Source of the DNA: a bacterium
GTDB taxonomy: Bacteria; Electryoneota; Electryoneia; Electryoneales; Electryoneaceae
DNA length: 31,806 nucleotides
Direction: 5' to 3'
NCBI GenBank assembly: GCA_043801585.1
Contig: JAZDLX010000132.1
Location: 1 to 31,806 of the forward strand
Part shown: positions 9,882 through 18,489 of the stretch, piece after piece
Position numbering within the stretch: position 1 is the first letter of the stretch
How the letters are laid out: every line of letters begins with the position of its first letter
Notes under the pieces: model-generated
Seen by the model: the letters and a program-made list of their open reading frames with translations, nothing else
Database searches by the model: none
What the model was told of the DNA's origin: nothing
Position numbers and translations under genes: made by a program

Positions 9882-10503
9882 TTTTGGGAAACAACCTGGT
9901 TCGGCAGCGAGCTGGAAACTTCCCCGTGCCTGGCGGGAGGCGGCCGTGTTCGGCGCTCTCTGGGGAGCGGTGGAGGTTACCGTCGGAACGTTTCTGCACG
10001 CGACACGGGTGCCCCTTGCCGGGGTGTTTCTTTCCGCGACGGGCGTTGCATTGCTCATCGCCGGATCGATGATTCTTCCCAGTCGCGGTTTTCCCATCCG
10101 AACGGCGCTCGTTTGTGCGGCGATCCGTGCCCTGTCGCCGCAAGGGCTGATGCCCGGTCCCATGATTGCCATCGTCTGGCAGGGTGTGTTGGTGGCGGTC
10201 CTGTTGGTACTGCTCCGCCATCCGCTCGTTGCGGGGTTGGTCGCCGGTTTTATCGCCACGGTCTCCACTCAGGTCCAGGCGTTTGTCGTCAAACTGATTT
10301 TTTTTGGGGCGGATCTCTGGGAACTCTACACACGGCTGCTTGAACGAGCGGAGCACTTCTTCGGGTTGTCACCCGGTCAGGGGTGGTTGGCGATCGTCAT
10401 TTATCTGTTGATCATCGGTGCTGTGGGGATCGCCGGAGGCTATCTGGGGTGGCGGATCGGCAGCGAAGCGCTGCGTCTGCGCGAGGAGGGCGACCGTGGC
10501 TGA
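9865..10503 (+). CDS. Integral membrane protein, ECF S-component-like
   Basis: About 212 aa with about 6 TM helices. AAVFGALWGAVEVTVGTFLH...P..G N-terminus resembles ECF substrate-binding components. GGGAGG RBS before ATG 9865. Overlaps the mobA stop. Confidence 0.6.
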   Translation: MTGNVDFGKQPGSAASWKLPRAWREAAVFGALWGAVEVTVGTFLHATRVPLAGVFLSATGVALLIAGSMILPSRGFPIRTALVCAAIRALSPQGLMPGPMIAIVWQGVLVAVLLVLLRHPLVAGLVAGFIATVSTQVQAFVVKLIFFGADLWELYTRLLERAEHFFGLSPGQGWLAIVIYLLIIGAVGIAGGYLGWRIGSEALRLREEGDRG

Positions 10504-11554
10504 ACCGAGACGGATGACACGAGTCGCCGCAGCTCTTGCCGCTGGCGCCCTGGTCCTGACTGGACGACCCCAGGCGGTGGTTGCAGGATTCGCCGGTGCG
10601 TTGATCTGGGTTCTCGCTGTGGATCGGACGATTCTGCGTCGCATCGGACGCCCGAAATTTTGGGTCTTCAGCATCTCGATCACACTGCTTGCCGGAATGT
10701 TTCTCGGCGACGACCCTGCACAGTGGATGGGAATTCCGATTTCCCGGGCGGGATTCACCGCTGGTTTGTTGATGAACCTGCGGGCATTCACGTTGATCAC
10801 GGCAGGTGTGCTGCTCGCGAAAGGTGTCTCCCGCGAGGGTTTTCTCGGGGCAACGGGAAGAATGGGAGCCGCTCACCTCGACGCCGCATTCCGTCAGGCG
10901 ATGGGAACCCTCCCGGCTGTTAACAGGGAGTGGCGTGAGACGCTCAAGAAAACGCGCTCACCGATCACGGCTTTGGCGCGTTTGCTGCTCCGCATGGCTG
11001 AAATGGCGGGGGAGGCATCGCTGGGCGAGGCGTTCGCGGTGACGGGTGCACACGGGATGGGTAAAACCGAGTGGCTGAAGGAGCTGGGGGACCGAGCCGA
11101 GAGGATGGGGTGGGTCGTTGGGGGCATCCGGCAGGAGCGGGTTCTTGAGGGGGAAATGGCTGTCGGGTATCGTGTGGTCCGCTGGAAAAATGGAGACGGG
11201 ATTCTCCTCGCAAGAGGAGAGAGTGGCAAAGGATTTCTCTTTGACGAAGCGGCGTTCCTGAAAGCAGCGGAATGGCTGGCTGAGGATTCGCGGACGTGCG
11301 ATATGCTTCTGGTTGATGAATTGGGTTTGCTCGAAGCCCAGGGGCATGGCCACGCACCGGCGTTGGCGGGGGCGCTGGCGGGAAGTAGCCCACCCCTGCT
11401 GGTTGTTTCCATTCGGAAGGATAAACGTACCGAATTAACCGACCGTTTTGCCTTAAGGGATGAACGAATCCTCGATCTGGATTCGGAAAGTCCCGCCAGG
11501 GAAGAATTTCTGAAAAGGATACTGAAGGCTCTCGCAGATCGTAAAAGCCGATAA
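10496..11554 (+). CDS. Membrane protein: truncated EcfT/CbiQ-like N-terminus fused to a THEP1/DUF2478-like P-loop NTPase
   Basis: GTG 10496 with GAGGAGG RBS overlaps the upstream stop. TM region includes GFTAGLLMNLRAF...AMGTLPAVNRE. NTPase has Walker A VTGAHGMGKT, then VGGI..E, and Walker B LLVDELGLLE..G.G. Confidence 0.7.
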   Translation: MAEPRRMTRVAAALAAGALVLTGRPQAVVAGFAGALIWVLAVDRTILRRIGRPKFWVFSISITLLAGMFLGDDPAQWMGIPISRAGFTAGLLMNLRAFTLITAGVLLAKGVSREGFLGATGRMGAAHLDAAFRQAMGTLPAVNREWRETLKKTRSPITALARLLLRMAEMAGEASLGEAFAVTGAHGMGKTEWLKELGDRAERMGWVVGGIRQERVLEGEMAVGYRVVRWKNGDGILLARGESGKGFLFDEAAFLKAAEWLAEDSRTCDMLLVDELGLLEAQGHGHAPALAGALAGSSPPLLVVSIRKDKRTELTDRFALRDERILDLDSESPAREEFLKRILKALADRKSR

Positions 11555-11578
11555 AAAAAAGCCCCGAATGGGGCTTTT
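11553..11578. terminator. Bidirectional rho-independent terminator
   Basis: AAAAAAAAGCCCC-GAAT-GGGGCTTTT between convergent genes, with U tracts on both strands. Confidence 0.85.
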
Positions 11579-11598
11579 CAATATTGTTCCGTACTTCG

Positions 11599-12882
11599 CT
11601 ACAGTTTCCCGACAATGGTGATGTAGATGAATTGCCCCATCTTTTTGTCCGGTTGGCCGATGAAGGAGGCGTACTTTTCGGACGGGAGGAAAACGCTGTA
11701 CCCCACCTGAAATTCAAATCCCCGAGCGAGGACTGCAATAAGGCGGGTGTCGATTTCCTGTGCGACAGGTGAGAAACCGATACCGTCAACAAAGGCGTTT
11801 TCCATGAAGGCGAAATTGTGGCCTGTGAGTTCGATACCGTACCGGCTTCCCGGTTGAAAACTGAATCGGAGGTAGGAATCGATCAGGCCCTGGCGTTCGA
11901 AGAAGCTGGTTTCGTCAACGAAATAATCAATGTACCCTTTGAAGATGTGGCGGGAACCGAAGGGGGAATAGAAGACATGATCCGTGTAGCTGCTGTCATC
12001 TTCATAGAACTTGTTTCCGGAAGTGACGTCGGCTCCTAAACCAAATTTCGGACGAATCTTTGCTGATAAGGAATAGGATAGGTCGACGGACACAAGCCAT
12101 GAGCTCAGATCACGGTCGTTGACAGTGCCGAGCTGATATGCACCGTCGCCCTCAAACGCGAAGCGGTTTGATTTATAGATGCTGGAGACAGCGGCGGTGG
12201 TTATCACGTTATTCTTTTTTATGCCGTTCAACAACCGTTCATCAAGATCGATCATCACCAATGGCTGGATCAGGTCCTTCGCCATGGATCCTGTAAACGC
12301 GGTCAGATGGCGATCGCCCTTGCGAACGGGTGATACCAGGTCATAGAGGGGTAGAGGATCACCCTCGAGAAAACTTCCCTCCGCGATCTTCGAGTAAAAG
12401 ACGTTCCACCATCCTGATTCGGTTTTCAATTCGACAAGGACGCCGTCATAGGCACTCGGTCCATAATTCTGCCAGTCGGATTGACCCATGATACGGTTTC
12501 GGCCATAGGCTGCTTCGAAGCGGCCGAATCGCAGAGACAGGGGAGAACCGAGGGCGTTGTCCAACTTGACATATGCTTCCTGGAAACTGAGTGTCGCTGA
12601 GGAAGCAGTTAGCGAAGGGGTGGTCCCCAGGTATCGCGTTTCCTTGATTTTGAATCGAAGCGTCACATTCCGGGAAGCGACAAAGGTTGCTCCCAAGTGT
12701 GTCCGAAGAGCGCTGAATTCGTTGAAACCGGTATCCGGATTGAAATCTTTGTCTACGATTTCGGAACGGTACCTGGTTTCCGCATCCAGGCTGAACCGTT
12801 TGGTGAGACGCATCTCGGCGGACGCACGGGGCGCTGCCATCAGGGATATCAGCAGCAGAACCGCGAGGTAACGAAATCGCAT
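11599..12882 (-). CDS. Alginate export family (AlgE-like) outer-membrane beta-barrel
   Basis: Signal peptide MRFRYLAVLLLISLMAAPRASA. Motifs TRYRSE, LRTHLG, SFQEAYV, LRFGRFEAAYG..RIMG..DW, YDGV, SPFGSRHIFKGYIDYF and QEID. GGGAGG RBS before ATG 12882. Confidence 0.75.
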   Translation of the reverse strand: MRFRYLAVLLLISLMAAPRASAEMRLTKRFSLDAETRYRSEIVDKDFNPDTGFNEFSALRTHLGATFVASRNVTLRFKIKETRYLGTTPSLTASSATLSFQEAYVKLDNALGSPLSLRFGRFEAAYGRNRIMGQSDWQNYGPSAYDGVLVELKTESGWWNVFYSKIAEGSFLEGDPLPLYDLVSPVRKGDRHLTAFTGSMAKDLIQPLVMIDLDERLLNGIKKNNVITTAAVSSIYKSNRFAFEGDGAYQLGTVNDRDLSSWLVSVDLSYSLSAKIRPKFGLGADVTSGNKFYEDDSSYTDHVFYSPFGSRHIFKGYIDYFVDETSFFERQGLIDSYLRFSFQPGSRYGIELTGHNFAFMENAFVDGIGFSPVAQEIDTRLIAVLARGFEFQVGYSVFLPSEKYASFIGQPDKKMGQFIYITIVGKL

Positions 12883-12981
12883 GCACACCTCCCGTGAAGT
12901 GTCGCGCATTCAGGGACACCGCCTTGACAGGTTACATTGAACCAGACACGTCCGGATACCCCGAAAGCATGAATCCTGATT

Positions 12982-13010
12982 AAAGTAAATCTTTGCTACT
13001 CTTTACGCAA
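12982..13010 (-). promoter_or_regulatory. Putative sigma70 promoter for the beta-barrel gene
   Basis: Minus strand TTGCGT-N17-TACTTT, about 100 nt upstream of the start. Confidence 0.3.
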
Positions 13011-13364
13011 GGTTCTTTGGTTTCAACTTCAAGCTTTCCCGAAATTGTTCCATCATGGCTTCAAAGGGATGCGCTCCCGGAAAACAGGGTATAATTCATT
13101 CTGAAACAATTGTATTATATCATTTACCGTGTGTCCCGGACCGTTTAGCTCGACGATGATAAGATATCAAACTTTCACGGAATGAAGTGACCGAGAGCGA
13201 AAATCGGCTAGTCTGATCGAGACCTGCGTTCCATAATGTGCATCTTTTCGCAATTTTTGTTCGGGGAGCAACCGAGGTCGTGCTGAGGCGATTTGGCGCA
13301 GGTGAAGGCGCATCGTACCTTATCCGTCACAGGATGCAAAGGAAGTACGCAAGGGAGTGTTTCA

Positions 13365-15014
13365 ATGAGAGTTGCTGTCGCTCAGCTGAATCCGACCATC
13401 GGCGACATCGAGGGGAATGTCCAACGAATGAAAGCTGCGCTTGCCCAGGTTCCCGAAGGGGCGGCGGAGTTGGTGATCTTCCCGGAACTGGCTGTCACGG
13501 GATATCCACCCCGTGATCTTCTCACCTTCGGCTGGTTCATCGATCGAGTGGAAACTGCCGTCGAACAGCTTCATGAACTCTCACGCACCCGTTCGGACAC
13601 CGCGCTCCTCTTTGGGACTCCCCTTCGCAATGGAAATCCTCATGGGAAGGGGTTGGCGAACGCGGCGATCCTGCTGAAGAATGGGGAGACTCTGCTGGAG
13701 CAGCACAAACGTCTGCTCCCCACCTACGACGTTTTTGATGAGCAACGCTACTTTGACCGTGGAGACGATGAACACTGGAAGATTGTTGAACTGGCTGGGG
13801 AACGAATCGGAGTGTCCATCTGCGAGGATGCCTGGAACGATGAGACATTTGAGGACCGTGTCATTTACGACCACAACCCCATCGAGTTGCTCGCGAAGCT
13901 GGGCACCAGCCTGATGATCAACATTACGGCCAGTCCTTTCCATATTGGGAAAAACCGTCGGCGCTTCGAACGCTACGCCAATCACGCAAAACGGTGGAAA
14001 TGTCCCTTTATCGTCTGCGCCCAAGTGGGCGCGAACGACGAATTGCTTTTCGACGGGCGCAGCATGCTGATCGATGCCCGGGGGAATCTGGTCGAGATGC
14101 TCGCTCCCTTCGAGGAGGATCTGAGCATCCTCGACACTCTGATGGATGGGAAACCCGATGGATGCCGGGGCATTGGCGAGATGGAAGCCCTGCGGCGTGC
14201 ACTTGTCCTGGGTGTGCGAGATTACGTGCAGAAGACCGGATTTCGCGAAGTCGTCCTGGGGCTCTCCGGTGGGATCGATTCCGCGCTCGTCGCCTGTATC
14301 GCCGCGGAAGCGATCGGACCTGAACATGTCCGTGCGGTGACGATGCCCTCGATGTATTCGAGCGCAGGGTCCGTGGAGGATTCCCTGCGGCTGGCGAATA
14401 ACCTTGGAATCCGCTGCGATACCCTGAAGATTCGTGACCTTTTCGATACCTATATAAAGACTCTCGCGCCGATCTTCGAGGGACGTGAGCCCGATGTTGC
14501 TGAAGAAAATCTCCAGGCTCGCATTCGGGGAACTCTGCTGATGGCTTATTCGAACAAGTTCGGCAGCCTGTTGCTCTCTACCGGAAATAAAAGCGAACTG
14601 GCGATGGGGTACTGCACCCTCTACGGCGATATGGATGGCGGTTTGGCGGTCATCAGCGATTTGACGAAGACACAGGTTTATCAACTTGCCCGCTGGTATA
14701 ACCGAGATGAAGAAATCATTCCCAAGGCAATTCTGACCAAGGCGCCCTCGGCGGAATTGAAACCCGATCAGACGGACCAGGATACTCTGCCACCTTACGA
14801 GAAACTCGACCCAATACTCGTTGCCTATCTTGAAGAGGGGAAGGGCATCGACGATATCGTTGCCGAAGGCAACGACCGTGAAACAGTGGAATGGGTCATC
14901 CGGACTGTGGACCGCAACGAGTATAAACGTTGGCAGGCGGCTCCCGGATTGCGCGTCAGTCCCAAAGCGTTCGGAGCGGGACGCCGGATGCCGATTACGG
15001 CGAAAAAGTACTGA
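13365..15014 (+). CDS. nadE: Glutamine-dependent NAD+ synthetase
   Basis: CN-hydrolase domain with catalytic triad motifs FPEL, KRLLPTYDVFDE and ICEDAW. Synthetase motifs GLSGGIDS, ENLQARIRG, TGNKSE, GYCTLYGD, KAPSAEL and EYKRWQ. AAGGGAG RBS before ATG 13365. Confidence 0.97.
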   Translation: MRVAVAQLNPTIGDIEGNVQRMKAALAQVPEGAAELVIFPELAVTGYPPRDLLTFGWFIDRVETAVEQLHELSRTRSDTALLFGTPLRNGNPHGKGLANAAILLKNGETLLEQHKRLLPTYDVFDEQRYFDRGDDEHWKIVELAGERIGVSICEDAWNDETFEDRVIYDHNPIELLAKLGTSLMINITASPFHIGKNRRRFERYANHAKRWKCPFIVCAQVGANDELLFDGRSMLIDARGNLVEMLAPFEEDLSILDTLMDGKPDGCRGIGEMEALRRALVLGVRDYVQKTGFREVVLGLSGGIDSALVACIAAEAIGPEHVRAVTMPSMYSSAGSVEDSLRLANNLGIRCDTLKIRDLFDTYIKTLAPIFEGREPDVAEENLQARIRGTLLMAYSNKFGSLLLSTGNKSELAMGYCTLYGDMDGGLAVISDLTKTQVYQLARWYNRDEEIIPKAILTKAPSAELKPDQTDQDTLPPYEKLDPILVAYLEEGKGIDDIVAEGNDRETVEWVIRTVDRNEYKRWQAAPGLRVSPKAFGAGRRMPITAKKY

Positions 15015-15089
15015 GGGACGGCATCCGACGGATGGGGAGGAGTCATAAGGGACAGGAGAGTGGTCAGGGTCAGTAGAGTCGTGATGGAC

Positions 15090-15149
15090 TGTAGAGTAAT
15101 GTAGGACTGTCCCAGAGTCTTTTCAGGGACTGTCCCTCGTTACTCTGCA
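15090..15149. repeat. REP/REPIN-like inverted repeat with GGGACWGTCCC-type cores
   Basis: TGTAGAGTAATG (15090-101) pairs with CGTTACTCTGCA (15138-149). They enclose two near-palindromes, AGGACTGTCCC and GGGACTGTCCC. Lies between convergent genes. Confidence 0.5.
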
Positions 15150-15153
15150 CGGG

Positions 15154-16308
15154 TCAGTCAAGCGGACGCTGAGGCTTGGTCGACTTGTCGAGATCGAGAA
15201 TATCGAGGTTCAACGCGTAACTGCGCGGTTCGAGCTGTGTTATAGAAAGCAGGCCCGCCACAAGCTTGTCGATTCGTTCGACGGATTTATGAATCTTTTT
15301 CGTCAGTAATCGAGTCTGTTTCGGGTTCGCATTGTTCAATTCGATAAGATCAGCAGCGATTTTCAACGCCGCGAGAGGCTGCCGGAATTCATGCGCGATC
15401 GTTCCAGCGAGTTGCTGTGCGACTCGAAGCTTCTCGGTGGTACGAAGACGTTCCTCCGCTTCATGAAGCGCGGTTATGTCGATCCCGATTCCCCAACTGC
15501 TCCAACCCTGAACAGGTGAGTAACGGGAGATGTTTGACCAGGAAATCCGTTTCACGGATCCATCCTTGCAGGCTGTCTCCCATTCCCAGTTCCGATAGTC
15601 GCCGACCTTGCCTTGCAACTCCTTTTTCATTTTCTCATGGTAGTCCGAATCGGGGTAGAAGAGATTATCGACCTTCGGATTTCCAATGACCTCCTCCGCG
15701 GTCCATCCGGTGACACGTTCACATTCCTTGTTCCAGGCGCAGATAAGATTGTTGTGGTCGCGTGCGCCGAGCATCACCGGCATTTCCTGAAGAATCGTTT
15801 TCAACCGATCCTCGTTCTTTTGAATTGTACGCTGGGCTTCCTTCAGGGGAGTGATGTCGGAGAGACTGGCGATGGACAATTTTGTTGAAGGAATCACATC
15901 GACGGTCAGATAGATTTCGTGTATTGAACCCTTGGCACTGATCAGTCGGAATTCATAGTGGCGGGGGGCGGATTTTCCGCTGATCCTGCGCTTCTCATGG
16001 TACTCCCGCATGCGTTTGAGGTCATCAGGATCGACAAACCGAGTCCAGGTTACTTTTCCTTCGATCTCTTCCCTTGGCAATCCCACGAGTTGGCAGAAAG
16101 TGTCGTTGGCGAGACGGATGGTTGTGTCTGCTTCGATGATGACAGTTGCAGTGCCTGTGTTCTCGAAAAGAGTTCCATCGTGCGCTTCCACTTCGCCGGT
16201 GTGAGCCTTTTGAAAAGCGAGTTCGCGTTCGAGCTCTTCAATCCGGATGCGAAGTTGTCTGATCTCGTCGGCAGAATCAGGTGGTGACTTTGGCGGATGT
16301 TTCATCAT
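15154..16308 (-). CDS. PAS-PAS-HisKA signalling protein lacking an HATPase domain
   Basis: N-terminal coiled coil, two PAS/PAC domains (LFENTGTA...DIT; ILQEMPV...WNKECERVTGW...DIT) and H-box IAHEFRQPL. Protein ends about 80 aa after the His. Confidence 0.85.
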   Translation of the reverse strand: MMKHPPKSPPDSADEIRQLRIRIEELERELAFQKAHTGEVEAHDGTLFENTGTATVIIEADTTIRLANDTFCQLVGLPREEIEGKVTWTRFVDPDDLKRMREYHEKRRISGKSAPRHYEFRLISAKGSIHEIYLTVDVIPSTKLSIASLSDITPLKEAQRTIQKNEDRLKTILQEMPVMLGARDHNNLICAWNKECERVTGWTAEEVIGNPKVDNLFYPDSDYHEKMKKELQGKVGDYRNWEWETACKDGSVKRISWSNISRYSPVQGWSSWGIGIDITALHEAEERLRTTEKLRVAQQLAGTIAHEFRQPLAALKIAADLIELNNANPKQTRLLTKKIHKSVERIDKLVAGLLSITQLEPRSYALNLDILDLDKSTKPQRPLD

Positions 16309-16491
16309 TGCTTCTCGTAGCTGGGCTATGGACCATCCACAGGCGCGGTAAAGATCTGTCCAAGAACGAAGAAAGAGTGAACTTGATGCTCCATGATGGT
16401 GCTTCTGATGGATCGTACACCCAAGGGAACATAGCACCGATCGAGTGGAAATGGAAGATAGAGTCGCGACGAAAGTGTTCTCGCCGTGGAA

Positions 16492-17355
16492 TCAGATCTC
16501 AACGATTCCTTCAAAAACCCGTGTTGCAGTCCCTTCCAGAATTGCATAGGACCAGTCATGACCGATGGTCACCTTCAGGTCACCACCAGGCATTCGGACG
16601 TTGACTGTCTGTTCCTGTTCGAACTGACCTTCACGGATTCCCGCCGCGACAGCAGCGATCGCTCCGCTCCCGCAGGCGAGTGTCGGACCGCATCCACGTT
16701 CGTAAACCACAAGTGCCAGGGTATCCGGAGATTCCTTGCGGGCGAATCCCACGTTCACACCCTCTGGAAACAGATCACGATGGACCATCAACCGGGAACC
16801 GATGGCATGGACATCGTCCCCCTCCCACATTTCATTGTTGTACATCACGAAATGTGGATTTCCGACGCCAACAGCCGTTCCGGTGACAGGAGTCTCCAGG
16901 CCGGGGACTTCGAAAACTCCGCGGATGACTTCATTCTTCGCAATGATGCGGGCGTCACGGGGTGAGAAGGTTGGGATCGGCATCGAAACCTGGATGCGTT
17001 CATCATCGGCAAATCGAACGCTGATCGGACCGGCGCCGGTCATGATGCCGACCTCGGACATCGATCTCACCGGTTCTCCAATGTCTGCAAGGAACTGAAG
17101 GGTGCATCGCAAACCGTTGCCGCACATTTCCGCGGGAGCCCCGTCCGAATTGAAATAACCCATCGTATAGGGAACCTCGCCGTCGTGCTTGATGACCTGG
17201 ATCAGTCCGTCAGCGCCGATCCCATGAGCACGCCGGCAGAGGTTGGCAATGGTATCCTGGCTTAGTGCATCATGAATCCGGCGATCATCTGCACGGTTGT
17301 CCACCATGATGAAATCGTTTCCGGCACCGTGGTATTTGGCAAAGCTCAGCTTCAT
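16492..17355 (-). CDS. dapF: Diaminopimelate epimerase
   Basis: KYHGAGNDF, GIGADG, FNSDG, EMCGNGLRC, GNPHFV, FPEGVNV and VYERGCGPTLACGSG. Both catalytic Cys present. Confidence 0.97.
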   Translation of the reverse strand: MKLSFAKYHGAGNDFIMVDNRADDRRIHDALSQDTIANLCRRAHGIGADGLIQVIKHDGEVPYTMGYFNSDGAPAEMCGNGLRCTLQFLADIGEPVRSMSEVGIMTGAGPISVRFADDERIQVSMPIPTFSPRDARIIAKNEVIRGVFEVPGLETPVTGTAVGVGNPHFVMYNNEMWEGDDVHAIGSRLMVHRDLFPEGVNVGFARKESPDTLALVVYERGCGPTLACGSGAIAAVAAGIREGQFEQEQTVNVRMPGGDLKVTIGHDWSYAILEGTATRVFEGIVEI

Positions 17356-17416
17356 GGATCTCCCGGTTCGAGGCATTCAACGCAGAATGTAAGGATTGAG
17401 CGCTTACATTCACGTA

Positions 17417-17499
17417 CAGGAAAATGTACTAGGTACTTTATTCCCGCTCAGGATCATTGTACGACCTTGCACGTAAAAAGTACCTGGTACATTTTCCTG
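17417..17499. repeat. 23-bp inverted repeat of internally palindromic units (REPIN/MITE-like)
   Basis: CAGGAAAATGTACTAGGTACTTT (17417-39) and AAAGTACCTGGTACATTTTCCTG (17477-99) are reverse complements with 1 mismatch and a 37-nt spacer. Each arm has a GTAC-N3-GTAC palindrome. Confidence 0.75.
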
Positions 17500-17554
17500 C
17501 TCTCGGGCACTTCGAGAAACCTGTCAGCCACTCCGCTTGAAGGCGAAATCCCAG

Positions 17555-18334
17555 TCAATCGAAGGACATATCGCGGTTCATCCAGCCGCCGGTCACTTCG
17601 AGAACCGCGCCGGTGACGTAGGAGGCTCCGTCCGACAGCAGGTAGAGCATCGCATCGGCGAGATCTTCGTAGCTGCCGTGCACGCCCATCGGGTGAGTGG
17701 CTTTTGCCTTTGTGGATCGGGCTGACGTTCTGTCGAGGCTTTTTTCCGTGATGTTGCCCGGGTTGATCACGTTGGCGGTGATGTTGTGAGGGGCTTCCTC
17801 GAGCGCCAGAGTACGAATCAGGGCGGCGACTCCCGCCTTGGCGGCGAGATGCGGGCCGTTGAGACGCATCGGTACGGTCTGGTGAGCCCCGACCATGCCC
17901 GTGGCGATGATCCTGCCGCCGCCCGCCTCACGCATCGCCGGAACCGCCACCCGGATTACCTCGAAAAGAGTCGTCAGATTGCCGGACAACATCCGTTCGA
18001 ACGAATCACGGGAAAACTCAGCTACCTTCCCCTGTGCATAGGGTCCGGCGAGATGAATGACACCGTAGGGAGTTCCGAGCAGCTCCCGGACATGGTTGAA
18101 CGCCTGTCCGGCTATCCCCGGCTCGGTTAGATCACCGGAAGTGACGGTGACGTTGACCCCCATGCGAGTCAATTCGATGGCGATTTTACGGGCTGCATCA
18201 ACATTTTTCCAGGCGTGCATCCCGAGTTGATACCCCGCTTTTCCAAGGAGGCGGCAGATGCCCGGACCGAGCCCTCCGGATGCTCCGGTGACCCAGAGAG
18301 TCTTGCCTTCGCCGTGATGGTGGCTGTGCGGCAT
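17555..18334 (-). CDS. Short-chain dehydrogenase/reductase (FabG-like) with an atypical active site
   Basis: VTGASGGLG, GDLT, IHLAG, GNL, PHLAAKAG (HxxxK), LALEEAPHNITANVINPG and YVTGAVLEVTGG. Confidence 0.9.
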   Translation of the reverse strand: MPHSHHHGEGKTLWVTGASGGLGPGICRLLGKAGYQLGMHAWKNVDAARKIAIELTRMGVNVTVTSGDLTEPGIAGQAFNHVRELLGTPYGVIHLAGPYAQGKVAEFSRDSFERMLSGNLTTLFEVIRVAVPAMREAGGGRIIATGMVGAHQTVPMRLNGPHLAAKAGVAALIRTLALEEAPHNITANVINPGNITEKSLDRTSARSTKAKATHPMGVHGSYEDLADAMLYLLSDGASYVTGAVLEVTGGWMNRDMSFD

Positions 18335-18400
18335 CTCCGATACCTCGTTTCGTACAGGGGAACGGGACGGTTTTCAATATACATCGGAGGAGGCCCAGCC

Positions 18401-18429
18401 TTGACCATCGCGCTGCTTCAGTGTACCAT
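18401..18429 (+). promoter_or_regulatory. Putative sigma70 promoter of tkt
   Basis: TTGACC-N17-TACCAT, 60 nt upstream of the start codon. Confidence 0.5.
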
Positions 18430-18489
18430 CTCCACAACCGCGGGAAGATGCAGTACCAGGCTTATCAGGCAGTACTATCGGGAGGAACG

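Noticed and set aside
13236..13364. Possible riboswitch before nadE (TGCATCTT/AGGATGCA pairing, GAAGGCGCA word) and the TTG-started N-terminal extension
   Set aside because: No complete glycine, NAD or glnA motif is recognisable. ATG 13365 has a good RBS and matches the family start.
16309..16437. N-terminal extension of the PAS protein (MLCSLG...HHH)
   Set aside because: Not domain-like and has no RBS support. ATG 16308/16305 is the more plausible start.
15015..17499. CRISPR array or IS ends suggested by the intergenic repeats
   Set aside because: Repeats are inverted pairs, not regularly spaced direct repeats. No cas or transposase gene in the window.
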